64,000 bases of DNA from Armatimonadota bacterium (GCA_039811685.1 JBDHZC010000003.1:293514-357513); one strand, 5' to 3'. Positions 19,499 through 29,660 are shown, counted from the first letter of the stretch. Made by a program: numbers and translations. Notes: generated from the letters alone by a model not told the origin.

Positions 19499-20188
19499 AT
19501 GGGAGAAAGCACGTCACTGACACAAGCATCCGAAGGAGAATCAGCGGCTGTGAAAGCCCTGGATGCTGCTGAGACTGTGGCCGAAAGGCCCGGATATGAG
19601 CTTGCGAAGCGCATAGTTGACATTATTGGCGCGTCGCTGCTGCTGGTGTTGTTCTCCCTTCCAGCTGCCGTGATTGCGGTACTCATCAAATTGGATGACC
19701 CTGGGCCTGTTATGTTCAAGCAGGTTCGCGTAGGACGCTTCGGCCGTCTGTTTACTATTTATAAATTCCGCACGATGATTTCCGACGCTGAGAAGATGCA
19801 AAAGGAATTGGAGAAGTACAACGAAGCCGGTGGCGCCTACTTCAAGCTGAAGAACGATCCGCGTGTGACCAAAGTCGGAGCGGTACTGCGCAAACTGAGT
19901 CTGGATGAGATACCGCAGTTCATAAATGTACTGACTGGAGACATGAGTCTCGTCGGGCCGCGCCCGCTGCCTGTTACAGGCTATGAGAATGAATCGTGGT
20001 ATGTGCGCAAGGCCAGTGTGCCGCCTGGAATGACCGGGCTCTGGCAGATTAGCGGACGCTCAGACCTTTCAGGCGAGCAGGCGGCAGAACTGGATTTGCG
20101 CTACGTCGAGCGTCGCAGTTTCCTTTATGACCTGAAGTTAATGTGCGCGACTGTACCCGCAGTTCTCTTTCGCAAGGGCGCGGCGTAA
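19499..20188 (+). CDS. Priming sugar transferase (polyprenyl-phosphate phosphoglycosyl transferase)
   Basis: [64 protein letters not shown]. Confidence 0.93.
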   Translation: MGESTSLTQASEGESAAVKALDAAETVAERPGYELAKRIVDIIGASLLLVLFSLPAAVIAVLIKLDDPGPVMFKQVRVGRFGRLFTIYKFRTMISDAEKMQKELEKYNEAGGAYFKLKNDPRVTKVGAVLRKLSLDEIPQFINVLTGDMSLVGPRPLPVTGYENESWYVRKASVPPGMTGLWQISGRSDLSGEQAAELDLRYVERRSFLYDLKLMCATVPAVLFRKGAA

Positions 20189-20330
20189 GGCAGTTGATGC
20201 CAGGACTTAGTGGCTGTCGCTCATATTTCTATCCGGGTGTTGATAGAGTCTCTGCTCTCCTGGGCAAGAAATCCGGAAGCGGTGGAATGGATGAGAGGAA
20301 GGCCGTGCGAATGACTACGGAGGTGACTTC

Positions 20331-21221
20331 TTGAGCACGAATGTGCAACAGGCTGAAACGGCGCCGTCAAATGGCGTGCTGACAACGGCGGCCAGGCACT
20401 GGGTAGAGTTGCTTGCGTGGCTGGCGCTGATAGTTTTCTGGATTCCCACATTCGCCAATTTTGTTGCGGCGTGGGACAGCCCGGACGGCTACTACTCACA
20501 TGGGTGGCTTATTCCGTTTATGTGTCTATGGACCGCCTGGATGCTGCGAGACCGCGTCCGGAGCTTGACGTTGCGGCCAAGCCTGTGGGGAATGGGCGCG
20601 CTGGCTCTATTACTTGCAGCGGCGGCTTTGTTCGGGATACAGAGCAGCTTCACAATGCGCGGCTTGATGTTCCCTGTCAGTCTGGCTGCGTTTGTGGCTG
20701 CCTTGTACGGGTGGAGTTATGTCCGGTCATTTGTTTTCCCCATCTTCTATCTGTACTTTATGTGTCCGATCCCGGACTTCATCCTGCTGAGTTTGTCGGC
20801 GAAGATTCAGCTGTGGTCAACGACGATCGCCACCTACATGTCCAAAGCGATTCTCATTAATGCAGTCCAGAATGGAAACTTCATTCAGACTGACTACTGC
20901 AATATTGAAGTTGGGCAGGCCTGCAGTGGTTTTAGAATGCTGGTGGCGCTAACAGCGTTCGCGGTTTTTCTCGTTTACGCTGTAAAGGGCGACACCTGGC
21001 GCAAAATCTTCTTTGTTCTGCTCTCGATGCCGCTCGCTGTCCTTGTAAACTCTCTTCGAGTTGCTATCCTGGTAGCGGTTGGCCACTACTGGGATCCTAA
21101 TCTGGTCAGCAAGCTGCACGATTATTCTGGCTATCTGGTGCTGCTCGTAGCGTTTGTTCTAATGTATTGGTTAGCGAGGTTACTTGGATGTCGCGAGTTC
21201 AGACTCACGGAATCGTCCTGA
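20331..21221 (+). CDS. Exosortase (EpsH/Xrt family)
   Basis: YYSHGWLIP, catalytic ACSG (Cys), NSLR (Arg) and LHD (His) in a multi-TM protein. Confidence 0.9.
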   Translation: MSTNVQQAETAPSNGVLTTAARHWVELLAWLALIVFWIPTFANFVAAWDSPDGYYSHGWLIPFMCLWTAWMLRDRVRSLTLRPSLWGMGALALLLAAAALFGIQSSFTMRGLMFPVSLAAFVAALYGWSYVRSFVFPIFYLYFMCPIPDFILLSLSAKIQLWSTTIATYMSKAILINAVQNGNFIQTDYCNIEVGQACSGFRMLVALTAFAVFLVYAVKGDTWRKIFFVLLSMPLAVLVNSLRVAILVAVGHYWDPNLVSKLHDYSGYLVLLVAFVLMYWLARLLGCREFRLTESS

Positions 21222-21820
21222 TCTTCCTGATCGGGTTGTTCACCGCTGTCAACGTGATTGGCAGCAAAGCAAAGGGAAAAGAACCTCCCCAGGTTGAGAT
21301 GGCCACGTGGGTGCCGCTGGATATAAGCGGCTGGACGGGCACAAATGAAACTCCTCCGTCGGTTTGGAGTGAACAGCTCCCGCACGCTAACTTTCTCGTA
21401 CGCTACTACACTAAGGGGCCTGCTGTCGTCGAGCTGCTAATGATTCAGAGCGCTGATCCGGGCAGTTTTCACAATCCGATGTTTTGCCTGCCGGGCAGCG
21501 GCTACAACACCATAGACTCCGGCGTACAATCCCTGCCTCACGGAGACGTCTCGCAGGGAGAGTTCAGTAAGTCTTTCGAACAGTTGATAGTGCGCTACTG
21601 GTACGTAGCTGGTCCGAGACAGACTCCGAATCTCTGGAATCACAAGTGGAATATCTTCTGGAATAAGATTTCCGGCAACCACGGGGACAACCTTTCATTC
21701 CGTGTGACCGTTCGGGATGCTGGAGGAGAGGACCCGGGCAAGGTCGCGAATGATTTCTCGGATCTGGTGCTGCAGGAAGTCCAGAAGAAGCTCACCGATG
21801 GACGCGTAGCCGTCAGGTAG
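21188..21820 (+). CDS. Exosortase-associated EpsI family protein
   Basis: N-terminal TM, P..ISGW.G, FHNPMFCLPGSG (HxPxxC motif), VRYWY. Overlaps the exosortase stop. Confidence 0.82.
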   Translation: MSRVQTHGIVLIFLIGLFTAVNVIGSKAKGKEPPQVEMATWVPLDISGWTGTNETPPSVWSEQLPHANFLVRYYTKGPAVVELLMIQSADPGSFHNPMFCLPGSGYNTIDSGVQSLPHGDVSQGEFSKSFEQLIVRYWYVAGPRQTPNLWNHKWNIFWNKISGNHGDNLSFRVTVRDAGGEDPGKVANDFSDLVLQEVQKKLTDGRVAVR

Positions 21821-21829
21821 TGCACTATC

Positions 21830-22453
21830 GTGCGAACAGTATGTGTTGGGGTGGCTGGCGGCAGCGGATCAGGGAAGACGACGCTGTCGCGTCGGCTGGC
21901 AGCAGAGTTTCCAGATTGTTCGGTAGTCCTGGAGCAGGACTCCTACTATCAGGATCACTCCAGTATTGCGCCCAGTGAGCGAGTTCACATCAACTATGAC
22001 CATCCCTCCTCCATCGAGATTTCACTGCTTGCGAGTCATATTTCCCGTCTAAAGGCTGGATCGCCTGTCCAATCGCCAATCTACGATTTTGTTACGCACG
22101 CCCGGTCGGGCTCGCGCGATGTTTTGCCCGCTCCGCTGCTTCTCGTTGAAGGAATCCTGGTCTTGCACTTCCGCGAGATCCAGGATCTTCTAGACGTGAA
22201 GGTCTTTGTGGCGCAAAATGAAGCTGAGCGACTGGCGCGCAGGATTGCGCGCGATGTGTGTGAACGTGGGCGCAGCCGCGCCAGTGTACAAGAACAGTTC
22301 CAGCGCTTCGTCGCTCCGATGCACGATCAGTATGTGGAGCCGTGCTCAAAGTCTGCCGATTATGTCATTGCAGGAGACGACACCGGCGAAGAAAGGCTCA
22401 AGCGTCTTATCCGGCACATTCGCAGCAGGCTACAGGCAGCGCGGGAGTTGTGA
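21830..22453 (+). CDS. udk: Uridine kinase
   Basis: GVAGGSGSGKTT, QDSYY, NYDHP, PIYDF, VEGIL, RRIARDV.ERGR, PMHDQYVEP. Confidence 0.9.
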   Translation: MRTVCVGVAGGSGSGKTTLSRRLAAEFPDCSVVLEQDSYYQDHSSIAPSERVHINYDHPSSIEISLLASHISRLKAGSPVQSPIYDFVTHARSGSRDVLPAPLLLVEGILVLHFREIQDLLDVKVFVAQNEAERLARRIARDVCERGRSRASVQEQFQRFVAPMHDQYVEPCSKSADYVIAGDDTGEERLKRLIRHIRSRLQAAREL

Positions 22454-22577
22454 GGTTGCGCTGACGTAGCGTCGGCCAGGAGCCGTCGATGTCTGTCACG
22501 GCGAATGAAAACGTTCACGGGCAGGCCAGGCAACAGCGCGGCTTGAGCGAGCAGTTTTTTCAGGGGGTACACCAGAC

Positions 22578-23165
22578 ATGGGCATGGCGGAAATAGTGCG
22601 ACATCGCTTTGCGGAGAGCATTGACGTCAAGCAGAGAGCTTCAGAGCAGCTTGCTGTGGAGATCGCACAGGCAGTGGCTGAGATTGTTTGCAGTCTGCGG
22701 GATGGAAACAAGCTGATGCTGTGCGGCAACGGCGGTAGCGCGGCGGATGCCCAGCACATTGCCGCAGAGTTTGTCGGCCGGTTTCAGATGGAGCGCCAGC
22801 CGGTTGCTGCAATCGCCCTCACAACCAACACGTCCACCATCACCGCTATTGGCAACGACTACGGATACGACGATGTTTTCAAACGCCAGGTGCAGGCTTT
22901 TGGGCAGGACGGAGACATTTTTATAGGGATATCTACAAGCGGCAATTCCGAGTGCGTGGTGCGGGCAGCGCAGGCAGCGCGTGAGAAGGGGGTCTTTGCC
23001 ATCAGCCTGACAGGGCAGAGTGGCGGCCGTCTCGCAGACTGCGCGGATCTCGCCATCCGAGTTCCCTCAGACAAGACCCCACGGATTCAGGAAACTCATA
23101 TCACAATCGGGCACATCATCTGTGAATTGGTTGAGAGTGAGCTCTTTGCCCATGCCGCTGTCTAG
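22578..23165 (+). CDS. gmhA: D-sedoheptulose 7-phosphate isomerase
   Basis: CGNGGSAADAQHIAAE, AIGNDYG, GISTSGNS, RIQETHI..GHI.C. Confidence 0.95.
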   Translation: MGMAEIVRHRFAESIDVKQRASEQLAVEIAQAVAEIVCSLRDGNKLMLCGNGGSAADAQHIAAEFVGRFQMERQPVAAIALTTNTSTITAIGNDYGYDDVFKRQVQAFGQDGDIFIGISTSGNSECVVRAAQAAREKGVFAISLTGQSGGRLADCADLAIRVPSDKTPRIQETHITIGHIICELVESELFAHAAV

Positions 23166-23250
23166 TCGCCATACATGTTCAATAAAGCCGATCCGATAGT
23201 GCTTGAATCCCACGGCTGCTCGCGCGACCGCTGGTCGCTAGAAGCTCAAG

Positions 23251-24783
23251 TTGTCTAGAGCCACTGCCCGTCAGGAGCCTCAAAAGGTTGAAGTGGCCGC
23301 TAAAGCGGTTGCCTGGAACGCCATCCTCTCTATTGTCGCGATTGTCGTCGGGACAGTGGTCAGCATTGCGCAGGTGCGCCTGCTTACCAAGGCTGATTTC
23401 GCGCCTTTCACCGCAGCGTCACAGATTCTGCGCTACTTTCAGATATTCAGCCTGTTTACTCTGGACGCGGCGCTTCTGCGATACATCCCCGAGTACCGCG
23501 CACGTGGGGATCGACGTGGGATCAAGCAGCTTATTCTGCTGGCTCTCGGTCTGAATTTCGCTGCGTGGCTGCTGGTGGTTGTGGTCACGGCCGCGACAGC
23601 CGGGCTTATTACGCACGTCAACAGGATGCCCATGCAGGCTTTGATGTACACCGGAGCTGCGATGGTGCTTCCAAGCGTGGTACAGGTGTCTCTGCAGGCG
23701 GTTCTGACGGCGTTCTACCGCATTCGAGTGCAGGTTATCGGAACCGTCGCCGGCGGATTCGCTCAGCTCTTCTGTCTGTGGCTGTTCATTCAGAAGTTGA
23801 AGCTGGGTGGTGCGGGCGCAATGATGGCTCAGATTGGGATGAGCGGACTGCTGCTCATCGTTTTTCTATATCAGTTGCGCAAGCTCCCTCTGCCGCCGCA
23901 ATCTGGCGAATACCAGCCTTTCCCTGTCAGGCGTCTCATCGGTTTCTCTCTTCCCTACGTTATCAATCTTCTCGCCGCTTCAGTATTTCGCTTTCAGTCT
24001 GAAGTGTTGTTCTTGCTGCCCTATCACGGGCGGGCTATGACGTCCACGTACAGCTATGCTTACATGGTGTCGCAACGCTTCCTGGAATTTGTTCCTGCAG
24101 CTTTCTATGGCGTTGGCAACGTGATGGTCTCGACTGCCTTTCTGGAGGGCCGTGAACAGCTCAAGCGCGTTGTGAGCATATACTGGCGCATCATTGCTGT
24201 GTCAACTGCCGCAGTTTCTGTTGGAGGATTCGTCCTTGCGGACAAGCTGACACTTTTTCTTTTTGGCGCAAAAGCCCAGGAGGCGGGTCACTATGCTGCG
24301 ATTCTTTTTCTCACTCAAGCCTGCGTCACGTTCATCAACCCCTACAATTTTGTTATGAGGGCAGAAGAGAAGACGTGGCTGGCGTTCTGGCTCAGCCCGC
24401 CGGCAGCGATTATTTCTCTTGGAATTGACTACCTGCTTATTCCCAGGTACGGGCTACACGGCGCGGTCATCGCGACCAGCTTGAGCTACTCTGCAGTGAG
24501 TCTTGTTCAGTACATCGCTTTTCAGCGTGTCTTTCCTTATTTGAAAATGCCCTTTGGGTATATCGCACGATGTTATGTTGCGTGCCTACCGATGCTGCTT
24601 GCGATACCTCTGAAAGGCGCTGTTCCCGGGCACTCTGGGCTGTTGGTCGGCTTTGCGGCAGCCGCTGTACTCTGGGCAGTCGGCGTGAGAGCGCTCAGAC
24701 TGCTTGGTGAGGATGAGATCAGTCTGATCACGCGCAGCAACCTGCCTGGGATGGGTGTCCTGGTGAGAGTGTTAGCAAGATGA
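23251..24783 (+). CDS. Wzx-type flippase (MOP superfamily)
   Basis: Many predicted TM helices, RLL...DF, ALLRYIP, LIGFSLP, LLIPRYGLHGAVIAT; sits inside an EPS locus. Confidence 0.85.
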   Translation: MSRATARQEPQKVEVAAKAVAWNAILSIVAIVVGTVVSIAQVRLLTKADFAPFTAASQILRYFQIFSLFTLDAALLRYIPEYRARGDRRGIKQLILLALGLNFAAWLLVVVVTAATAGLITHVNRMPMQALMYTGAAMVLPSVVQVSLQAVLTAFYRIRVQVIGTVAGGFAQLFCLWLFIQKLKLGGAGAMMAQIGMSGLLLIVFLYQLRKLPLPPQSGEYQPFPVRRLIGFSLPYVINLLAASVFRFQSEVLFLLPYHGRAMTSTYSYAYMVSQRFLEFVPAAFYGVGNVMVSTAFLEGREQLKRVVSIYWRIIAVSTAAVSVGGFVLADKLTLFLFGAKAQEAGHYAAILFLTQACVTFINPYNFVMRAEEKTWLAFWLSPPAAIISLGIDYLLIPRYGLHGAVIATSLSYSAVSLVQYIAFQRVFPYLKMPFGYIARCYVACLPMLLAIPLKGAVPGHSGLLVGFAAAAVLWAVGVRALRLLGEDEISLITRSNLPGMGVLVRVLAR

Positions 24784-25988
24784 CAGATCGGGCTCCTCTG
24801 GTGATGTTGTTGCTGGATTCGCTGTCCGCCGAGTACGTAGAGCGTGAATACGTTCCCTTTTTTCGTTCTCTCATACCGGAAGGCGAGTTTCGTTCTCTCA
24901 AGAGCCTGTTCGCTTTTGACGGAGTTATGGCAACTGTTATGACGGGGCGTTGGCCAGATGAGACGGGTGTTTTTGGCCGTTTTGCTTATGGCCCTCGTGA
25001 GTCCGTCATGCGATACAATCCGCTACGCGCGCTCAACCTGCTAGATAAGCAGGCGTACTATGCATCGGGGGAGCGCCGGGACGAGAGGCCGAACGCCTGG
25101 CCCGTGAAGCTCGTGCGCAAGCTGTTGCGACGGTATTGGCTGGACGGCGCGTTGAGCAACATTTCCAACTATGCCCGGATGCCGATGGCGCTTGCTCATA
25201 ACTTCCGATACGCCATGACCCTCAACAAGTTTGATGAAATGCCCAGCATCTCCGGGCACGAGACGATTTACGGAAAGGCGACCCGGCAGGGTAGAAAGTC
25301 CTTCTTCCACTACGCGCCACTTCCCGATGCTCAGACGAAACTGGAGGCCATCCCAGATATCGAGAATTACGCGTTGATATTCGTTCACACCTGGGGCCAC
25401 CTGGACAGCTCCGGTCACGATTTTGGTCCCGCGTCTGCAGAGATTCGCGCTATGGCCGGGCAGTGCGACCAGCAACTGGCCGAGTTTGTTGCGTGGCTGC
25501 GAAAAAGAGTGCCCGATGCGTCTTTCATAATGTTCGCAGACCACGGTATGCACGAAGTGCACACAACGCACGACGTTGGACCAATTGTCAATGACGCCAT
25601 CTCTGGCCAGGGTCCTCTGGTATTTGTGGACTCTACAGCCGTTAGAGCTTGGGGAAACGAGGGTGAACTGCTGAAACTCTCTGAGCGTCTCAGCGGACTG
25701 CCGGGAGTGCGCGTGCTGTCGGATGAAGACCTCATAGCCAATCACGCCTTCTTCCCGCAGCGAGAGTACGGCGAGATGATGGCTGTGGCATATCCGGGGT
25801 ACGTCTTTTCTCCAGACTTCTTTGAAGGGCCCAAAAAAAGGTTGGGAATGCACGGGTACCTGGAGGACACGAACTGGCTGCGTCCGTCGCTGCTTTGGTT
25901 TGGGCCAGCCTTTGACACCTTGCCCTCTGACGTGCAACTGCAAGTTATGCCGGACATCTGGCGTCTGGCTGACCACGCTCTTGGCTGA
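24780..25988 (+). CDS. Alkaline phosphatase superfamily protein (NPP/phosphodiesterase-like)
   Basis: Metal ligands LLLDSL, LDSSGH, FADHGM, GMHGY; TG..P..TG core. ATGA overlap with wzx; no signal peptide. Confidence 0.8.
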   Translation: MTDRAPLVMLLLDSLSAEYVEREYVPFFRSLIPEGEFRSLKSLFAFDGVMATVMTGRWPDETGVFGRFAYGPRESVMRYNPLRALNLLDKQAYYASGERRDERPNAWPVKLVRKLLRRYWLDGALSNISNYARMPMALAHNFRYAMTLNKFDEMPSISGHETIYGKATRQGRKSFFHYAPLPDAQTKLEAIPDIENYALIFVHTWGHLDSSGHDFGPASAEIRAMAGQCDQQLAEFVAWLRKRVPDASFIMFADHGMHEVHTTHDVGPIVNDAISGQGPLVFVDSTAVRAWGNEGELLKLSERLSGLPGVRVLSDEDLIANHAFFPQREYGEMMAVAYPGYVFSPDFFEGPKKRLGMHGYLEDTNWLRPSLLWFGPAFDTLPSDVQLQVMPDIWRLADHALG

Positions 25989-26155
25989 GGCCCGCCAGTG
26001 CCTGAGCATGGTATAACCAGTGTGAAGCGGATGGAGCGGGAGTGGAGACAGGCTGGTTCTACGAGCGAACATTCCTGCAATCCGCTTCTAAGACCGTCGC
26101 GTCTGGCCTGATATGTGCATAGGGCATAGGCGCGACAGGAGGAGTTGCTGGTTCT

Positions 26156-27415
26156 TTGGCCATTGCTGATGGACGGGAGTCCGTAACAGGAAAGTCTCTG
26201 TGTGTGTATTCACAGGAAGAGACGCCGGAGTTTCGGCGCCGGATGGATGCGTGGCTGGCAGACATCACGGCTTACCTGCGTGACGAGAGCGGCGCCAACT
26301 ATGTGAGCCTTATCCTGTCAGGCGGATATGGACGGGGGTGGGGCGCCTTTGTGGAAAGCCCCGAAGGGCCAAACCCCGTCAATGATCTGGATCTGGTGCT
26401 GGTAACCCGGACGCGATTGCCGCGGGAAGTGACACAGCGGCTCAGTCACGGCGCTACTGAACTGATCAGTCCACACTCCCGTTTCGAGACTGATAGCCTC
26501 ACTCCTCTTGATCTGCACGCAGACGTTATGAACCTGACACGCTCGGATCTGGAAAGAATGCCGCCGGGTCAGTTTTCATACGATCTTCTTGAGAGTGGGC
26601 GAGTCATAGACGGCGAAAGTATCCTTTCGCAGCCACTCAACTTTCCTGCGAGTGCTATTGATCCGGCCGCAGCGCTGCTTTCAATAGGCAATCACTCCAG
26701 CAGCGTCTACGAGTCCTACCTGGTGGGGCTTATAGCCCCGGAGCAGATGCGGCTGAATTTGTTCAGCTTTGCCGCGAAAGCGGCCGGCGCAGCGGGTAGC
26801 GCGGTGCTGTTGGCACATCGGCGGTACTCGGCTCTTCCGGACAATCGCCTTCTCACTCTAGAGAGCATGGCCATGTCAGGAGACCTTGACAACCTGACAG
26901 CCTCTGAACCCGAGTTTGTATATCTCGTTCGGGAGGGCGTGATGGCACGCGGTTTTTGCAGTGCTCAGAGACTCGAAGACGCCGCCCACTACTACCGGAA
27001 TGCGCGCAGAGCGATGATGGCTGCAGCGCAGTATTGCGTGCAACGGTTGCTTCAGACTACTGTAACCAGTCCAGTGGAAACCGCTGTAGCCATCGCCGAA
27101 AGGTGGCGCTCTGAGTATCTGGAGACAACGGCTGATCCACTCTGGAAAAGTGTGGCGCGTCACATTCTGGAGAAGGCAGGCTTGCGCCCTGTTCGGGCGA
27201 GCTGGCGTGTCAGAGCGCCGGTGTATGCCAGTGCTGTCGCCTTGTTCGCAGCTCTTTCTCTGGACAACAGTCTGAATCCAACTGTTGATGACCAGGCAAC
27301 TCGAGCGGCGGCACGAATTCTGCGGCTTGAGGATCCAATGGGCGGATTTGAAGGCTGGAAGCGAACGGCAGAGGCTATGGTTGTCGCTCTGAAACGCCAG
27401 AATTGGACTAGATGA
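26156..27415 (+). CDS. Hypothetical protein with a pol-beta-type nucleotidyltransferase motif
   Basis: LILSGGYGRG...NDLDLVLV plus a downstream HADV acidic strand, followed by a helical C-terminal region. GGAGGAG RBS. Confidence 0.65.
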   Translation: MAIADGRESVTGKSLCVYSQEETPEFRRRMDAWLADITAYLRDESGANYVSLILSGGYGRGWGAFVESPEGPNPVNDLDLVLVTRTRLPREVTQRLSHGATELISPHSRFETDSLTPLDLHADVMNLTRSDLERMPPGQFSYDLLESGRVIDGESILSQPLNFPASAIDPAAALLSIGNHSSSVYESYLVGLIAPEQMRLNLFSFAAKAAGAAGSAVLLAHRRYSALPDNRLLTLESMAMSGDLDNLTASEPEFVYLVREGVMARGFCSAQRLEDAAHYYRNARRAMMAAAQYCVQRLLQTTVTSPVETAVAIAERWRSEYLETTADPLWKSVARHILEKAGLRPVRASWRVRAPVYASAVALFAALSLDNSLNPTVDDQATRAAARILRLEDPMGGFEGWKRTAEAMVVALKRQNWTR

Positions 27416-27489
27416 AGACTCAATTTTCACATAGCGCTCCCGCAGAGCGTCCGGACACAACGACAGCACTGCTGACAAGCTGAGAGGAT

Positions 27490-28566
27490 TTGGAAGTGGA
27501 AGACCAGGCAAGTATGCGCAGCGGCGCTCAGCCACCATCTGAGAAAGTGTACCAGGTGGCGGTTGTGGGCTGTGGTGCGATTTCTGAGCGCGCTCATTTG
27601 CCCGCTCTAAGCAAAATGACTTCACGCTTCAGCGTTGCGACGCTCGTTGACACTGACACGCAGCGAACTGAAGAGCTTGCGGAGCAGTACGCGCCAGGGG
27701 CTTCACGCTTGAGCAACTACGAAGGATTGGCTGGAAGGGCAGAAGTCGCGCTGGTAGCTACTCCTCCGCACACACACCAACGGATAGTATGCTCACTGTT
27801 GGAACAGGGCCTGCACGTCCTGGTGGAAAAGCCACTGGCCAGAACTCGCGAGGAGTGCGAGACAATCGCGGAGGCGGCCCGGGCTTCTGGTCGCAGTGTC
27901 TTTGTTGGCTACAACCGCAGGTATTTTCTCGGGTGGCGTTTCTTGAAAGTGGTGTCCGATAGCAACCTGGCGGGGCCGCTGCTAAGTCTGGATGCTGAGG
28001 AAGGTTCGCCTTTCGATTGGCCGGTGGGGTCGGCTGCGATATTCAACCCGGAGATTGCCGGAGGAGGCACGATGCTTGACACAGGCGTGCACGAACTTGA
28101 TCTTGTGTTGTGGTTAGCGTCTGAGAAGCCTCGAGTGCTTTTTTATGAAGATGACAATCGTGGTGGAGTGGAGGCCAACGGGCACGCCATTCTGGCCGAT
28201 GGGGACCGCACATTCCGTCTGCGTCTGAGTCGGACACATACCCTCCAGAACCGCGTCGTCGCCAATTTCCTCAACGCTGTCATAACAGTAGAGTGCTGGG
28301 ACCCCACAGCGATTGACATTTTCTCGTGGGATCCTGTAGTTGAGCGATCTCTGAAGAAAGCCCACACTGATCTGCGGCAGACTCTGGGAGCTGATCCAAC
28401 TGTCGAGGAGTGGACTGGTGTCTGGAACTCTCTGCAGAGCGGTGTCTGGTTCATCGATGAGGCAGCGATACAGGCTATAGATCTGCTTGGACAAATGTAC
28501 TCCATGCGCCAGCCTATGGATCAACCGTGGGTTGGCGTGGCGCGCGAGTTAGAAGGGGTTAGATAA
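27490..28566 (+). CDS. Gfo/Idh/MocA family oxidoreductase
   Basis: VVGCGAI, HVLVEKP, VGYNRR, GGGTMLDTGVHELD. Confidence 0.88.
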   Translation: MEVEDQASMRSGAQPPSEKVYQVAVVGCGAISERAHLPALSKMTSRFSVATLVDTDTQRTEELAEQYAPGASRLSNYEGLAGRAEVALVATPPHTHQRIVCSLLEQGLHVLVEKPLARTREECETIAEAARASGRSVFVGYNRRYFLGWRFLKVVSDSNLAGPLLSLDAEEGSPFDWPVGSAAIFNPEIAGGGTMLDTGVHELDLVLWLASEKPRVLFYEDDNRGGVEANGHAILADGDRTFRLRLSRTHTLQNRVVANFLNAVITVECWDPTAIDIFSWDPVVERSLKKAHTDLRQTLGADPTVEEWTGVWNSLQSGVWFIDEAAIQAIDLLGQMYSMRQPMDQPWVGVARELEGVR

Positions 28567-28568
28567 TC

Positions 28569-29660
28569 GTGCCGGACCACACGGTTGCAGTCACAGGGGC
28601 AGCGGGCTTCATAGGGGCTAGAATCAGCGAAGTCCTGTTTCAGCGAGACCTGCGTGTTCGACCCATCGTACGCACGTTTCCCAGCGCCGCCAGATTGTCC
28701 ATGTGGCCAATGGAACCAGCCAGGGCCGACATTCTGCAAGTGTCCTCACTTCGGTCTGCCTTTGAAGGCGCCCACACTGTGGTTCATTGCGCCTATGGGA
28801 ACACGCTGGACCAGGCGCAGAATGAACTCATCACTGTCGAAGGCGCTCGCAACGTGATCCAGGCCGCGGGAGAAGCAGGGGTGCGGAGGCTGGTTCACAT
28901 GAGTACCGTCGCAGTCTACGGCGAGCCCGGATTAGACAAGGTGGATGAGAACACGCCTTACGAGCAGCGGGAGGAGGACTGGTACACGCGGAGCAAACAA
29001 CAGGCGGAGCGTCTGATGTTGGATGCTATGGATTCTGGGATTGTGAGCGAAGTGGTTGCGCTGCAGCCGGCGATCGTGTACGGACCTTACAGCCTCCACT
29101 GGACCATCACACCCATCGAGCGCCTGCAAGCAGAAACGCTCTATCTTTACGATGAGGGGCGTGGAGTGTGCAATACAACCTACGTTGATAACGTAGCGCA
29201 CGCTGTGTATTTGGCTTGTACCAGAAGTGAAGCTGTGGGAGAGCGCTTCCTGATTACCGACGGAGAACCAGTCATCTGGAGAGAGTTCTATCAGTACTAC
29301 GCAGATATGCTCGGCAAGTCACTGCCGAGCGCCTCAGTTGAGGATGTGCAAAGCGCAGAAGCCAGCAAGGCACGCTGGACGCCCCTGGTGAAAGCGGCCC
29401 AAACGGCAGGTAAGGCCACTACCTCTGCATTGAGCGCGGTCGGATTTCGCAATGCCTACGCACTTGCAAGAAACGCCTACCGCCGAAAGACGCGTTGGAT
29501 GCAGCAGACTTCGGCGTCCATGCTCGATTTTTATCTCGGCACGACGAGATATGACATCACCAAGGCCCGCACTGTGCTGGGCTATGAGCCAATCGTTGAC
29601 CTTTGCAGCGGGATGAACGCTACGGAAAAGTGGCTACGTTTTTCGCGCCTGATCCCGTAA
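28569..29660 (+). CDS. NAD-dependent epimerase/dehydratase (extended SDR)
   Basis: VTGAAGFIG, HMSTVAVYG, YTRSK (YxxxK), IVYGP. Confidence 0.88.
   Translation: MPDHTVAVTGAAGFIGARISEVLFQRDLRVRPIVRTFPSAARLSMWPMEPARADILQVSSLRSAFEGAHTVVHCAYGNTLDQAQNELITVEGARNVIQAAGEAGVRRLVHMSTVAVYGEPGLDKVDENTPYEQREEDWYTRSKQQAERLMLDAMDSGIVSEVVALQPAIVYGPYSLHWTITPIERLQAETLYLYDEGRGVCNTTYVDNVAHAVYLACTRSEAVGERFLITDGEPVIWREFYQYYADMLGKSLPSASVEDVQSAEASKARWTPLVKAAQTAGKATTSALSAVGFRNAYALARNAYRRKTRWMQQTSASMLDFYLGTTRYDITKARTVLGYEPIVDLCSGMNATEKWLRFSRLIP

Noticed and set aside
25041..26072. 343-aa minus-strand ORF
   Set aside because: Antisense to the AP-superfamily gene, with no family motifs.
26156..27415. CBASS cyclase or toxin-antitoxin interpretation of the nucleotidyltransferase
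   Set aside because: No effector, Cap2/Cap3 or separate HEPN gene is adjacent, and the context is purely polysaccharide biosynthesis. Not formally excluded without a structural search.
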